Positions 25,543 through 34,417 of a stretch of DNA of 64,000 nt are shown here, piece after piece. The notes beneath the pieces are model-generated. The model did not search any database. It was not told where the DNA came from and was given only the letters and a program-made list of their open reading frames with translations. A program made the translations under genes and the position numbers. Source of the stretch: Kiritimatiellia bacterium (GTDB taxonomy: Bacteria; Verrucomicrobiota; Kiritimatiellia; RFP12; UBA1067); contig JBMNFY010000017.1 in NCBI GenBank assembly GCA_050949565.1, positions 544,001 to 608,000 of the forward strand. Reading direction: 5' to 3'. Position 1 is the stretch's first letter; the number at the start of each line of letters is the position of its first letter.

Positions 25543-27990
25543 TCACTGCACCGGCCAGAGCGAGCGCCAATAGGCTTGGTCGGTGGCGAAAGGATCAAGC
25601 GTGTCTTTTTCTGGGTCGAAGTCTGACGGCAGGATGCCGAAACGCTTCATCTCGCGCACGTATTGCGGATTGGGCCGCCAGCCAGGCGCACCCCAAGGCG
25701 GACGTGCATCGTAAAGCTTCTTGCCGCTCTCGATCGAGGCCAGTATTTTTTTGTAGTCTGGATCGTCAGTGTCTTTGAAGACTTCGCGGGAGCAACGCCC
25801 CACCCCACCCGCCGATTTCGCCAGCGGTGCGAGCAACAGGCTGGAACACGTAGGCCGCGTGTAGTCGACCAGCACGCCGGAGTCGTAAAAACGCGCGGGG
25901 TCGTTCGGCAGGACGATGCGCTCGTGGTTGCCGGTGGGACGCCCCAGTTTTTTCTTCTCTTTGTCGCGCCGCAACCCCCAGTTGAGGGGGAAGCCCGAGA
26001 TATTTTGCTCTTCGGTGTTTTTGTGGCACTCCACACAGCGGCGTTTGAAGACGTCGCGACACTCGCCGAAGATTTTGTTGCCCGCGTGGCCGTAGTAGCG
26101 TTGCTCTTCGGTGTTGCGCACGGCAGCGTAACTGCCGGCGTAAGGGGCGGCGGCCTCGATCCACAGCCAGACCATACGCCACTCACGCGGCGAGACCTTG
26201 ACGTTGTGGTGGTCGCCGGAGAGCCGCGCCAACAGCGGGCTGGCGGAGCTTCCGATTGTGCGTGGCGGACGGTTGCCAAGACCGTTGGCGCCATCCGCGA
26301 CCTGTTGACGGGCCAAAAGCGCAACATATGCATTTGAGAAGCGCGGTGCCAGAGCAGCCGCCAGATTGAGCGTACCGGCGCGCTTTTGCGGATTGTGGCA
26401 GGTCACGCAATGGCGGTCCAGAATCGGCTGGATGTCACGCTGGAAGTCCGGCACGTCCGGGAAGCCTTCGAACGGCTGGATGACGGACGGTGGCCGTTTC
26501 AGAGCAAGTGGCGTAGGCTGGTCGCGGCGGGCATCGGCAGCGCTGGAGCGCGTCTCATGGCAGCCGATGCAGGTGAAGGTCTCGCCGGGCATAAGGTCGG
26601 CAAAGCTGTGCATGCGCTTGACCGAGAGGTCGTTGGCATCGAGTGCAACGAAGAAGAGCGGACGTCCAGCAGGCGCAAGAAACGAGGCGCTGCCGTCCTC
26701 TTCGACCGGCACGATCCCCAGCACCCGCTCAAGGTTGAAGGTGCCGAGCCACGAGGTCAGATCCATGCCGCCGCTGAAGTTGACAGGCTTGGGTAGCGGC
26801 TCGATCACGAGCAGTTTCTTGATGTCGCCACGCTTGACGCCTTCCATATTGCGGCCTTGGTAGACGTCGATCAGTATAAATTGCCCGGTGGGCTTACCAG
26901 AGACCACGCGCGAAGGGATGACCGGTTCACGCGGGCGTGGACGCAGCACACGCGGCTCGTGAACCGGCGTGGCGGGATCGGTCAGGATGGTCTCCTCTTT
27001 GCCGTCGCGCGTCAGGAAGGCGATCGACTTCCCCTTGGCTACCAGAAACAAGTCACGCGTGACGGGGAAGGGGTCGCGGATGCGTCCGGTGTGCTTGATG
27101 CGTACGGCGGCCTCCTTCTCGTCCGGCCCCTGCTTCTGTGAGACAAGCGTGGCAAACCCTTCGTGCTCGTTGACACCGTGGCCGGGCGAGAAACTGGCGA
27201 TCACCTCTTGGGTGCCAGGGATCGGCAGGGCGTCGATCATCACGATCCATGAGTGCATGTTGCCGAAGTAGACATTAACGCCGGTACCATCCGGGTTCAT
27301 TGTCCAGAGGTGGTGGTACTCCACCTGCGAGCGATCGATATACTCCCATCGCGTGTATAGGATGCGGCCGTCCGGCAGCACCGCCGGCGTGTTGTCGTGT
27401 TCGATGTTGGCGGAAACACACTGCATGTCAGAGCCGTCGGGCCGACAACGGTACATCGTGCCGACTTGGGTATACCAACAGCCCACCCAACGCTTGCAGC
27501 GCGTCGTGATAAACAGGATGTCGCCGTCCGGCAGGCGGCATGCCTCGTAGTCGTCCCACGGGCCGTCGGTGATTTGCCTGAGGCCTGAGCCATCGGATTG
27601 GATCTCGTATAGATGATAGTGGTCGGTACCGGCGGGCCGGTAAGAGAAGAGGATCGTGCGACCATCGTAGTCGACATGCGGATCACGGATGCTGCCGCCG
27701 CATGCGTCGAAAATCACGCTGTTCTGACGGGTTTTCAGATTATACCGGTACAACACACCAGCATCCGGTTGGCCATTACCCGCGTAGGCTTTCTTGGCCA
27801 CGTCATCACAATAGTGACCGATATTGGCATACCAGTGACCGTCGTCATACCGTGCGCGCGTACAGTAGACGAACTCAGGCGTGTCGCGCATCGGCCCTTC
27901 CAGCGCCTTCTCCACAAGCGCGGCGCGGACACTCGACATACAGCAGGCACAACCCAGCCCTGCAAAAAACACTCCCCATCGTTTCCGCAT
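25543..27990 (-). CDS. Exported beta-propeller / hydrazine synthase alpha middle-domain-like protein with three CxxCH motifs
   Basis: PDGRILYTRWEY, LGIVPVEEDGSASF..PAGRPLFFVALD, CIGCH, CVTCH, CVECH. Confidence 0.8.
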   Translation of the reverse strand: MRKRWGVFFAGLGCACCMSSVRAALVEKALEGPMRDTPEFVYCTRARYDDGHWYANIGHYCDDVAKKAYAGNGQPDAGVLYRYNLKTRQNSVIFDACGGSIRDPHVDYDGRTILFSYRPAGTDHYHLYEIQSDGSGLRQITDGPWDDYEACRLPDGDILFITTRCKRWVGCWYTQVGTMYRCRPDGSDMQCVSANIEHDNTPAVLPDGRILYTRWEYIDRSQVEYHHLWTMNPDGTGVNVYFGNMHSWIVMIDALPIPGTQEVIASFSPGHGVNEHEGFATLVSQKQGPDEKEAAVRIKHTGRIRDPFPVTRDLFLVAKGKSIAFLTRDGKEETILTDPATPVHEPRVLRPRPREPVIPSRVVSGKPTGQFILIDVYQGRNMEGVKRGDIKKLLVIEPLPKPVNFSGGMDLTSWLGTFNLERVLGIVPVEEDGSASFLAPAGRPLFFVALDANDLSVKRMHSFADLMPGETFTCIGCHETRSSAADARRDQPTPLALKRPPSVIQPFEGFPDVPDFQRDIQPILDRHCVTCHNPQKRAGTLNLAAALAPRFSNAYVALLARQQVADGANGLGNRPPRTIGSSASPLLARLSGDHHNVKVSPREWRMVWLWIEAAAPYAGSYAAVRNTEEQRYYGHAGNKIFGECRDVFKRRCVECHKNTEEQNISGFPLNWGLRRDKEKKKLGRPTGNHERIVLPNDPARFYDSGVLVDYTRPTCSSLLLAPLAKSAGGVGRCSREVFKDTDDPDYKKILASIESGKKLYDARPPWGAPGWRPNPQYVREMKRFGILPSDFDPEKDTLDPFATDQAYWRSLWPVQ

Positions 27991-28038
27991 CGCTACCCCC
28001 TTTCAGGCCCCCCGGCTCGACGCAGCCGAAGCGCCCCG

Positions 28039-28881
28039 TTATTCCTTGTGCACATCCACACGCGTCGCCCCGCCGCGCTCATAGGGCGGCGGACTCACCA
28101 CCGCTTTGCCGTCATCCGGCGGCGGCTCACTGGGCCTTGCCCTGCCGAAAAAAGAGAACCCCGCGAACGGCGGACGCTGTTGCGCCGCCGCCTCTTCCAT
28201 CAGCACCATCCGGTACTCGCGATCGGCTGCGGTGTAGATGAAGTAGGCGATCAACAGGCGGGTCAGCATATAGCCCTCGAATCGATGCGTCAGGAAGGAG
28301 AACAGCACCGAGAGCCCCATCAGTATGGCGATGAACCGCCCGATGCGCGAGGCGACCCATGTGGCCCGCAGGCGTGTCATGAAAAACTGCTGCAAGAAGG
28401 CGCGCAGGATGCGTCCGCCGTCCATCGGGAACGCCGGCAGCAGGTTGAAAAAGCAGAGCGAGAGGTTGATCACCCCGAGATAGAAAAAGAGGCCAGGACT
28501 ATAGCCCGCCGACGTCGACACAGACATCGGATCGATATGCAACAACGACACCGCAGCCAGGCAGAGCGCACCGATCAACGCGCTCACCAGCGGCCCGGCC
28601 AGTGCCATCAGAAACTCCTGCCACGCCTTGCGCGGCATGTCAATGATGGTCGCGCAGCCCCCGATCAGCATCAGCGTGATGTCACGCACGCGACAGCCGA
28701 ACGCCTGTGCCACCAAGCTGTGGCCGAGTTCGTGCAGGACGATGGACGCCGCCACACCAACGCCGACCGCGATGCCGAATAGCGGGTTGCCGAAGTCGCT
28801 GACCACGAAGAGCAACAACAGGATCAACGACCAGTCAACATAGATCGGAATGTTAGAAACGGTAGCAATTTTGTAAGCCAT
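28039..28881 (-). CDS. Site-2 protease (M50) family
   Basis: HELGH and FNLLPAFPMDGGR motifs; probable ATG at 28881. Confidence 0.92.
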   Translation of the reverse strand: MAYKIATVSNIPIYVDWSLILLLLFVVSDFGNPLFGIAVGVGVAASIVLHELGHSLVAQAFGCRVRDITLMLIGGCATIIDMPRKAWQEFLMALAGPLVSALIGALCLAAVSLLHIDPMSVSTSAGYSPGLFFYLGVINLSLCFFNLLPAFPMDGGRILRAFLQQFFMTRLRATWVASRIGRFIAILMGLSVLFSFLTHRFEGYMLTRLLIAYFIYTAADREYRMVLMEEAAAQQRPPFAGFSFFGRARPSEPPPDDGKAVVSPPPYERGGATRVDVHKE

Positions 28882-28914
28882 AGCAGAAAAATCCAATCAC
28901 AAAAGGGTATACGC

Positions 28915-29889
28915 TCACAACGTGGTGACCAGCAGACACGCGGCGGCATCAGGCTCCATATGATACACATCGGCAGCCGCCGGCACCAGTGCGCTTTGTC
29001 CGGCTCGCAATAAAACACGCTCGCCGCCGGCCGACACAGCAACCGCGCCGACAGTGACAAACAGGACATGGAACGAAAGGCCGTCCATAGTCACATCGAG
29101 CGGCTCCGCGAGATTCAGCCGACGCACGTTGAAGTAGTCGCAGGCCACCACTTCCGACCAGCCTGCCCCCGCTTGGTCTCCCCCGGCGGGATCGATCATC
29201 TGCGGCGCGGGCAGCGACCAGTCGAGCGTCTTAAACGCTTCCTCGATATGCAGCGTCCGGGGTCGGCCGTCCGCGCCGACGCGATTCCAGTCAAACAGAC
29301 GATAGGTGGTGTTGGAGTTTTGCTGCACCTCATAGATCAAGCACCCCGCGCCGATCGCATGCGCCAGTCCACCGGGAATGAAAAGGGCCTGGCCGGGCTC
29401 GACCGGATGCTCCACAAGCTGCGTTGCGGCCGTACCATCGGCGAGCGACCGCCGCAGCGATTCCGGCGTCATACCTTCCGCCAATCCCGCATAAAGCGTG
29501 GCACCGGGCAAGCGATCCAACACCACCCACATCTCCGTTTTGGGTTCTCCGCCGGTGCGCTCCGCATTCTCGGCGTTCGGATGCACCTGCACACTCAGCC
29601 GGTCGCGCGCGTCGATCACTTTGAAAAGCAGCGGGAAGCGATGCGGGTCAGAAGCACGCGTACCGACCAACGCCGGACCATATTCGGCGCTCAGTTCCGT
29701 GAGCCCGCGTCCCGCGAACGGTCCGGTTGCCACGATACTCTCGCCGTCCGGCCGCGCCGCGATCTCCCACGACTCAGCGCACACCTCCGGCGTATCCGTT
29801 CTGCCATACACGGCAGCCAGACGCTCTCCGCCCCATATATAGTCTCTGTACACCGGCTTGAAAACAAGTGGAACACACAACGCGCTCAT
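28915..29889 (-). CDS. manA: Type I mannose-6-phosphate isomerase
   Basis: IWGG, AESWE, FPLLFKVIDA..LSVQVHP, KTEMW, HAIGAG..EVQQNSNTTYR. Confidence 0.93.
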   Translation of the reverse strand: MSALCVPLVFKPVYRDYIWGGERLAAVYGRTDTPEVCAESWEIAARPDGESIVATGPFAGRGLTELSAEYGPALVGTRASDPHRFPLLFKVIDARDRLSVQVHPNAENAERTGGEPKTEMWVVLDRLPGATLYAGLAEGMTPESLRRSLADGTAATQLVEHPVEPGQALFIPGGLAHAIGAGCLIYEVQQNSNTTYRLFDWNRVGADGRPRTLHIEEAFKTLDWSLPAPQMIDPAGGDQAGAGWSEVVACDYFNVRRLNLAEPLDVTMDGLSFHVLFVTVGAVAVSAGGERVLLRAGQSALVPAAADVYHMEPDAAACLLVTTL

Positions 29890-29909
29890 GACGGTTCAGT
29901 TTATCAGCC

Positions 29910-30431
29910 CTGAAAGAGCGTTGAAAGTTGAAAGTGTAATCGGTTAGTGACAAGGAGGGTGCGAAGGTCATGAGTTTCTGGTGAAAAGGGGAGCAGAGAG
30001 TCGGGCGCGGGCGTCCTCGCCCGCAACAACGTGTCTTGCAAAAGATTGATGCGCAGATTCCCTCGTTGCGGGTTTATTTTTTGACCTGATTGACATAACT
30101 GACCTGATTGACATGATTTGGAGGGCGAGTGTCCCCACGAGCCGCCTTCCGCTATGCGGAAGGATGGTTTCGGGTTTCATTGCGGAGCGCCGAGATGGGC
30201 AAGCGTCTGCTTGCCCGGCGGCGCATGTGCCACCCACTTGAGCGTTGAAAGTTGAGCGTTGAGCGTTGGGCGTTTAATTTTTTGTGCGCGGACGGCGGCT
30301 CGTGAGGACACTCGCCCTCCAGTGCTACGGTCTGGGCTAGCGAAGCACCGTAAAAAATTCCTGCGTCTCTGCGTCTCTGCGTTAAAAAAACTCTCAACGT
30401 TCTGCGGGCGAGGACGCCCGCGCTCCCGACT
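29910..30431. repeat. Composite intergenic REP/BIME-like region with nested inverted repeats
   Basis: Outer pair GCGGGCGTCCTCGCCCGC (~29999..30032 / 30397..30431); inner pair GGAGGGCGAGTGTCCCCACGAGCCG (30120..30144 / 30296..30320); also TTGAGCG, GACCTGATT and CTCTGCGT repeats. Confidence 0.85.
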
Positions 30432-30545
30432 GCGCACACCCAAAACACGCGCTCGACTCGCACACCCCTATCACCAACCGATAGCGATCTCGATGCTGAT
30501 TTACCTTTGCTTCATGCGGGGCAAAGGGTAAACTTACGCTCCGTT

Positions 30546-31820
30546 ATGGGATATGAAGTATTAGCTCGTAAGTGGCGCCCCAAGGGGTTTGATGATGTGG
30601 TCGGTCAAGAGCATGTCACGCGCACGCTCAAGAACGCGATTGAAACCGGACGCGTCGCGCACGCCTACCTGTTTGTCGGGCCGCGCGGTATCGGCAAGAC
30701 CTCGCTGGCGCGTATCTTTGCCAAGGCGCTGAATTGCACGAAAGGCCCTACGATCACGCCGTGTAATGAGTGCGACATGTGCCGCGAGATCACAGCCGGC
30801 AACGCGCTGGATGTACTGGAGATCGATGGCGCGTCGAACAACGGCGTGGATCAAGTGCGCGACCTGCGCGACCAAGTCCAGTTCGCCCCGGCCCACGGCA
30901 CCTTCAAGATCATCATCATCGACGAAGTCCACATGCTCACCACCGCTGCTTTCAATGCATTGCTCAAGACGCTGGAAGAGCCGCCGCCGCATGTGAAGTT
31001 CATCTTCGCCACGACCGAGGGCGACAAGATCCTGCCGACCATCATCTCGCGTTGCCAGCGCTTCGACCTGCGCCGCATCCAGACGCCCTTGATCGTCGAG
31101 CGCTTGCGCCACATCTGCACAGCCGAAGGCATCACGATTGATGACGACGCACTGCTGGCAATCGCGCGCGGCGCCGAAGGCGGCATGCGCGACGCGCTCT
31201 CTGCACTGGATCAGCTTATCTCCTTCAGGGGCGACGCCCTCACCGAAGACGACGTGCTGGCGGTTTTCGGACTCGTGTCGCGCCGCTCGCTCGAAGGGCT
31301 CGCCACGGCCGTACTCAAGGGCGACATGCCCGAAATCTTGCGGTTGGTCGGGCTGTTCGACAGCGCCGGCAAAGACATGCGCCGTCTGACCGTGGAACTG
31401 ATGGAGCACTTCCGTCATCTGCTGGTCTACCTGTATGTCGGCGAGGCGATGTCGACGCTCGACGCCACACCCGAACAGATCCGTGCGCTATCCGAACAAG
31501 CGGCATTGGCCGACGCCGTGCGTGTGCATCAGATCGCCGACCAACTCGCTGAAATGGAGGGGCGGTTGCGCTTCGCCCTCTCGGTGCGCACGCTGATCGA
31601 GATGACGCTCATTCGTTGCGCACGTATCGCGACAGCGGTATCGCTCGAAGAGGTTCTGAGCCGCCTGAATGCGTTGCGCTCCGATGAGCCGCCGACCGTC
31701 ACAAGCAAACCCGCCGCGTCTGCGACACGTCCGAACAACATCTACGACGACCCGCTGCTCAAGCAGGTGCTGGAAGAGTTTGACGGCAAGATCGTCAGTA
31801 TTGAAGACGGCGACGACTAA
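30546..31820 (+). CDS. dnaX: DNA polymerase III subunit gamma/tau
   Basis: YEVLARKWRP, GPRGIGKT, IDEVHML, NALLKTLEEPP. Confidence 0.97.
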   Translation: MGYEVLARKWRPKGFDDVVGQEHVTRTLKNAIETGRVAHAYLFVGPRGIGKTSLARIFAKALNCTKGPTITPCNECDMCREITAGNALDVLEIDGASNNGVDQVRDLRDQVQFAPAHGTFKIIIIDEVHMLTTAAFNALLKTLEEPPPHVKFIFATTEGDKILPTIISRCQRFDLRRIQTPLIVERLRHICTAEGITIDDDALLAIARGAEGGMRDALSALDQLISFRGDALTEDDVLAVFGLVSRRSLEGLATAVLKGDMPEILRLVGLFDSAGKDMRRLTVELMEHFRHLLVYLYVGEAMSTLDATPEQIRALSEQAALADAVRVHQIADQLAEMEGRLRFALSVRTLIEMTLIRCARIATAVSLEEVLSRLNALRSDEPPTVTSKPAASATRPNNIYDDPLLKQVLEEFDGKIVSIEDGDD

Positions 31821-31852
31821 CCCGCGCTACGCGCGGAGTTAGAAGGTAGGAT

Positions 31853-32581
31853 TTAGAATTTAGGATTTAGGAGTTCGAGTCTCTCGACCAGCGCGTGGCA
31901 CAGGTTGGCTGACACCGCGGATGCGCGCTTCAAAAAGGTTTGGAAGTCCAAGGCACTGTCGCCACTCCCCGGAGCGTCACTCAACGCGCGCAGAATCAGG
32001 AAGGGCACTCCGAAGCGCGTGCAGGTATGGGCGATGGCACCACCCTCCATGTCGACGCACGCCACGCTGTCCTGAAAACGCGCGCGAATCTGGTCAAGCT
32101 GCTGCTGCGAGTGAATGAACGAATCTGAGGAACCCAACAGGCCATGGTGGCAGACCGGCGGCGAGGGCTGCTCGGCCAACACGTCTCTGAAGCACGCGAG
32201 CAATGCGGGCGCAACGCGGAAACGCGGCTCGCTGCCGAGCATCTGCCCAAAGGCCAGCCCAAGCGGCGTCAAGTCCACATCGGTGTAGACGATCTCTTCA
32301 GGCACGAGCAGGTCTAGAATATGCTGGCCGGCCTGCAAGCCGCCGGCCGTACCGGTATTGATCACGCATCCCGGCGCAAAGTCCGACAGCAACAGGGCGA
32401 GTGTGCAGGCGGCGTTGACCTTGCCGACGCCGGTCTGTGCAATCACCAGCTCCTGGTTGCCGTGGTGGGCGTGAAACAGCCGCGTGTTGAAGTGTACGCA
32501 TGTTTCGTGTTGTGGAAAACACGCCAGCAGCGCCTCCACTTCCTCCTCCATCGCGGCCACGAGGGCAATCGGTTTCTTCAT
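31853..32581 (-). CDS. mtnN: 5'-methylthioadenosine/S-adenosylhomocysteine nucleosidase
   Basis: AMEEE, GVGKVNAA, INTGTAGG, DMEGGAIA, RALSD. Confidence 0.93.
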   Translation of the reverse strand: MKKPIALVAAMEEEVEALLACFPQHETCVHFNTRLFHAHHGNQELVIAQTGVGKVNAACTLALLLSDFAPGCVINTGTAGGLQAGQHILDLLVPEEIVYTDVDLTPLGLAFGQMLGSEPRFRVAPALLACFRDVLAEQPSPPVCHHGLLGSSDSFIHSQQQLDQIRARFQDSVACVDMEGGAIAHTCTRFGVPFLILRALSDAPGSGDSALDFQTFLKRASAVSANLCHALVERLELLNPKF

Positions 32582-32612
32582 GCGCTTAGTTTCGTATGAT
32601 CAGCGCCGGACG

Positions 32613-33518
32613 TCAACCCCGGGTATCGATGAACGCCGCCATGTCGTCGGTGAGGTTTTTCCAATCGGCACACAGAGGAATCACATGCCCGGTCTCGGGC
32701 AGGTCGCGAACCGACGTCGGCCCTTTGCAAGCGGTAAGCCAGTGCTGTGCGGCGGCGGTATCGACAACCGAATCCCGCGCGGCGGTCACCGCAAAAACCG
32801 GGCAGGTGAGCTGGGCGGCGCGCGGGCGGTTTTCGCTGACCAACTTAAAGAGTGCGCGGTAGACGCAGAAGGGAATGAAACGGTCGCGCGCGTATGTGAA
32901 GGCGGGATCGTCCTCGGCAACCCCGCGCACAGAAAAGGGCGATTCAAACATCGGCGAGAGGCAGAGCGCAACGCGCGCGATCGCGAACCAGACATGCGGC
33001 GGCAATAGCGGACATCGCTTGCGCGACACTTCGATAAGCGGAGCAAAGAGTGCCACGCCGTTCACCAGATCCGGCAAGCGCAACGCCGCATCCAGCGCGA
33101 GCGCACCGCCCAACGAATGGCCGACGACCCACACGGTTTCATGCGTCTCGCGTAACTGCACCAGGTCGTCGGTCACCTGCGCACGCCAGACTTCCAGCGA
33201 TTGGCGGCGGGCACGCGCGACCGGCTCGGCACTGCCGGGCAGGCGCATGGCACGGCAGGTGAAGCCCCCGCCTTCCGCCAGACGGTGTGTGATACGTCGC
33301 CAGATGTAGGGCGTGTCCGCAAAGCCATGGATAAAGAGCAACGCCACGGAGCCGTCGCCGACCTGATAGGCCGCGGCACCCGGCAACAGACCGTCCGGAT
33401 CGCGGTTCGCGTGTTTTTCCCAAGCCCGGTGGCGCAGCCCCACCCAGAGCCGATGGAGCAGATTCGTGCCGAGCCAAGCCGCAACAATGACCAACAGAGT
33501 GAAGAGCAGTGAACCCAT
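32613..33518 (-). CDS. Membrane-anchored alpha/beta hydrolase (carboxylesterase-like)
   Basis: LFIHGF, GHSLGG, DSVV, GHVI; probable start MGSLLF at 33518. Confidence 0.85.
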   Translation of the reverse strand: MGSLLFTLLVIVAAWLGTNLLHRLWVGLRHRAWEKHANRDPDGLLPGAAAYQVGDGSVALLFIHGFADTPYIWRRITHRLAEGGGFTCRAMRLPGSAEPVARARRQSLEVWRAQVTDDLVQLRETHETVWVVGHSLGGALALDAALRLPDLVNGVALFAPLIEVSRKRCPLLPPHVWFAIARVALCLSPMFESPFSVRGVAEDDPAFTYARDRFIPFCVYRALFKLVSENRPRAAQLTCPVFAVTAARDSVVDTAAAQHWLTACKGPTSVRDLPETGHVIPLCADWKNLTDDMAAFIDTRG

Positions 33519-33602
33519 GGTGGCCAGTTTATCTTCACACCCGGCCTCGGCGCAACACAAAAGGGGTTTACCTCCCGAGGGGGAACAGTCTACACTCTCG
33601 GT

Positions 33603-34301
33603 ATGTTTGCGTTCGACCTCCATATTCACTCCTGTCTCTCTCCGTGCGGCGATCTTGATGCGTCACCGCGCGCGATCGTGCAGGCTGCCAAGGCCGTTGG
33701 GCTGAATGGCATCATGCTGGCCGACCACAATTCGTCGCGCAACTGCCCGGCGCTAGCGGAAGCTTGTCGGCGCGCGGAACTGAATTGCCTGTTCGGGCTG
33801 GAGGTCACCTCGGCGGAGGAAGTTCACGCACTGGCGGTTTTCGATACGCTGGAACAAGCGGCGGCAATGACCGAGATCTGCTATGCCGCGCTACCCAAGC
33901 GAGTGAATCAGCCCGAGGTGTTCGGCTATCAGGCGGTAGTAGATGCCGACGACAACGTAGAAGAGTTGGAGTGGCGGCTGCTGAGCGCACCGACCCGCCT
34001 GACGTTACGTGAGGTGGGTAAACACATCCATGAACTGGGCGGTCTCTTCATTGCGGCGCATATCGACCGCGCAGTATTCAGCGTGACCTCGCAACTCGGC
34101 GGCCTCTTCGGTGATGAGGGCTTCGATGCAGTGGAGCTGACCCGATACGCAAATCTGGAGGAGTGGCGCGATAAGACGCTCGGGCTGCCGGTGATCCGCT
34201 CATCCGATGCCCACCATCCCGACGCCATCGGCATCATCTGGAGCGAGGCCGACCTTTCGGTTTTTTCGACACAGGCATTGAAAGCGGCATGGGGTTGTTA
34301 G
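33603..34301 (+). CDS. PHP domain protein
   Basis: DLHIHSCLSPC, ADHN, EEVH, AAHIDR, SSDAH. Confidence 0.9.
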   Translation: MFAFDLHIHSCLSPCGDLDASPRAIVQAAKAVGLNGIMLADHNSSRNCPALAEACRRAELNCLFGLEVTSAEEVHALAVFDTLEQAAAMTEICYAALPKRVNQPEVFGYQAVVDADDNVEELEWRLLSAPTRLTLREVGKHIHELGGLFIAAHIDRAVFSVTSQLGGLFGDEGFDAVELTRYANLEEWRDKTLGLPVIRSSDAHHPDAIGIIWSEADLSVFSTQALKAAWGC

Positions 34302-34367
34302 TTCATTAGTGCATTAGTGTTACCGTGGATTTGAGCGTTGAAAGTTGAACGTTGAGCGTTGAGCGTT
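34298..34367. repeat. ATTAGT 8-mer and TTGAGCG/TTGAAAG heptamer repeats
   Basis: TTAGTTCATTAGTGCATTAGTG ... TTGAGCGTTGAAAGTTGAACGTTGAGCGTTGAGCG. Confidence 0.8.
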
Positions 34368-34417
34368 TCTCTGCTTCCCCCCGCGCCTAACAATTTGCTA
34401 GACTAGCGTCATTAAAC

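Noticed and set aside
25543-27990. Anammox hydrazine synthase
   Set aside because: Only domain-level resemblance; no beta/gamma subunits or anammox context.
30546-31820. Programmed dnaX frameshift
   Set aside because: No A-AAA-AAG slippery site or poly-A/T tract seen.
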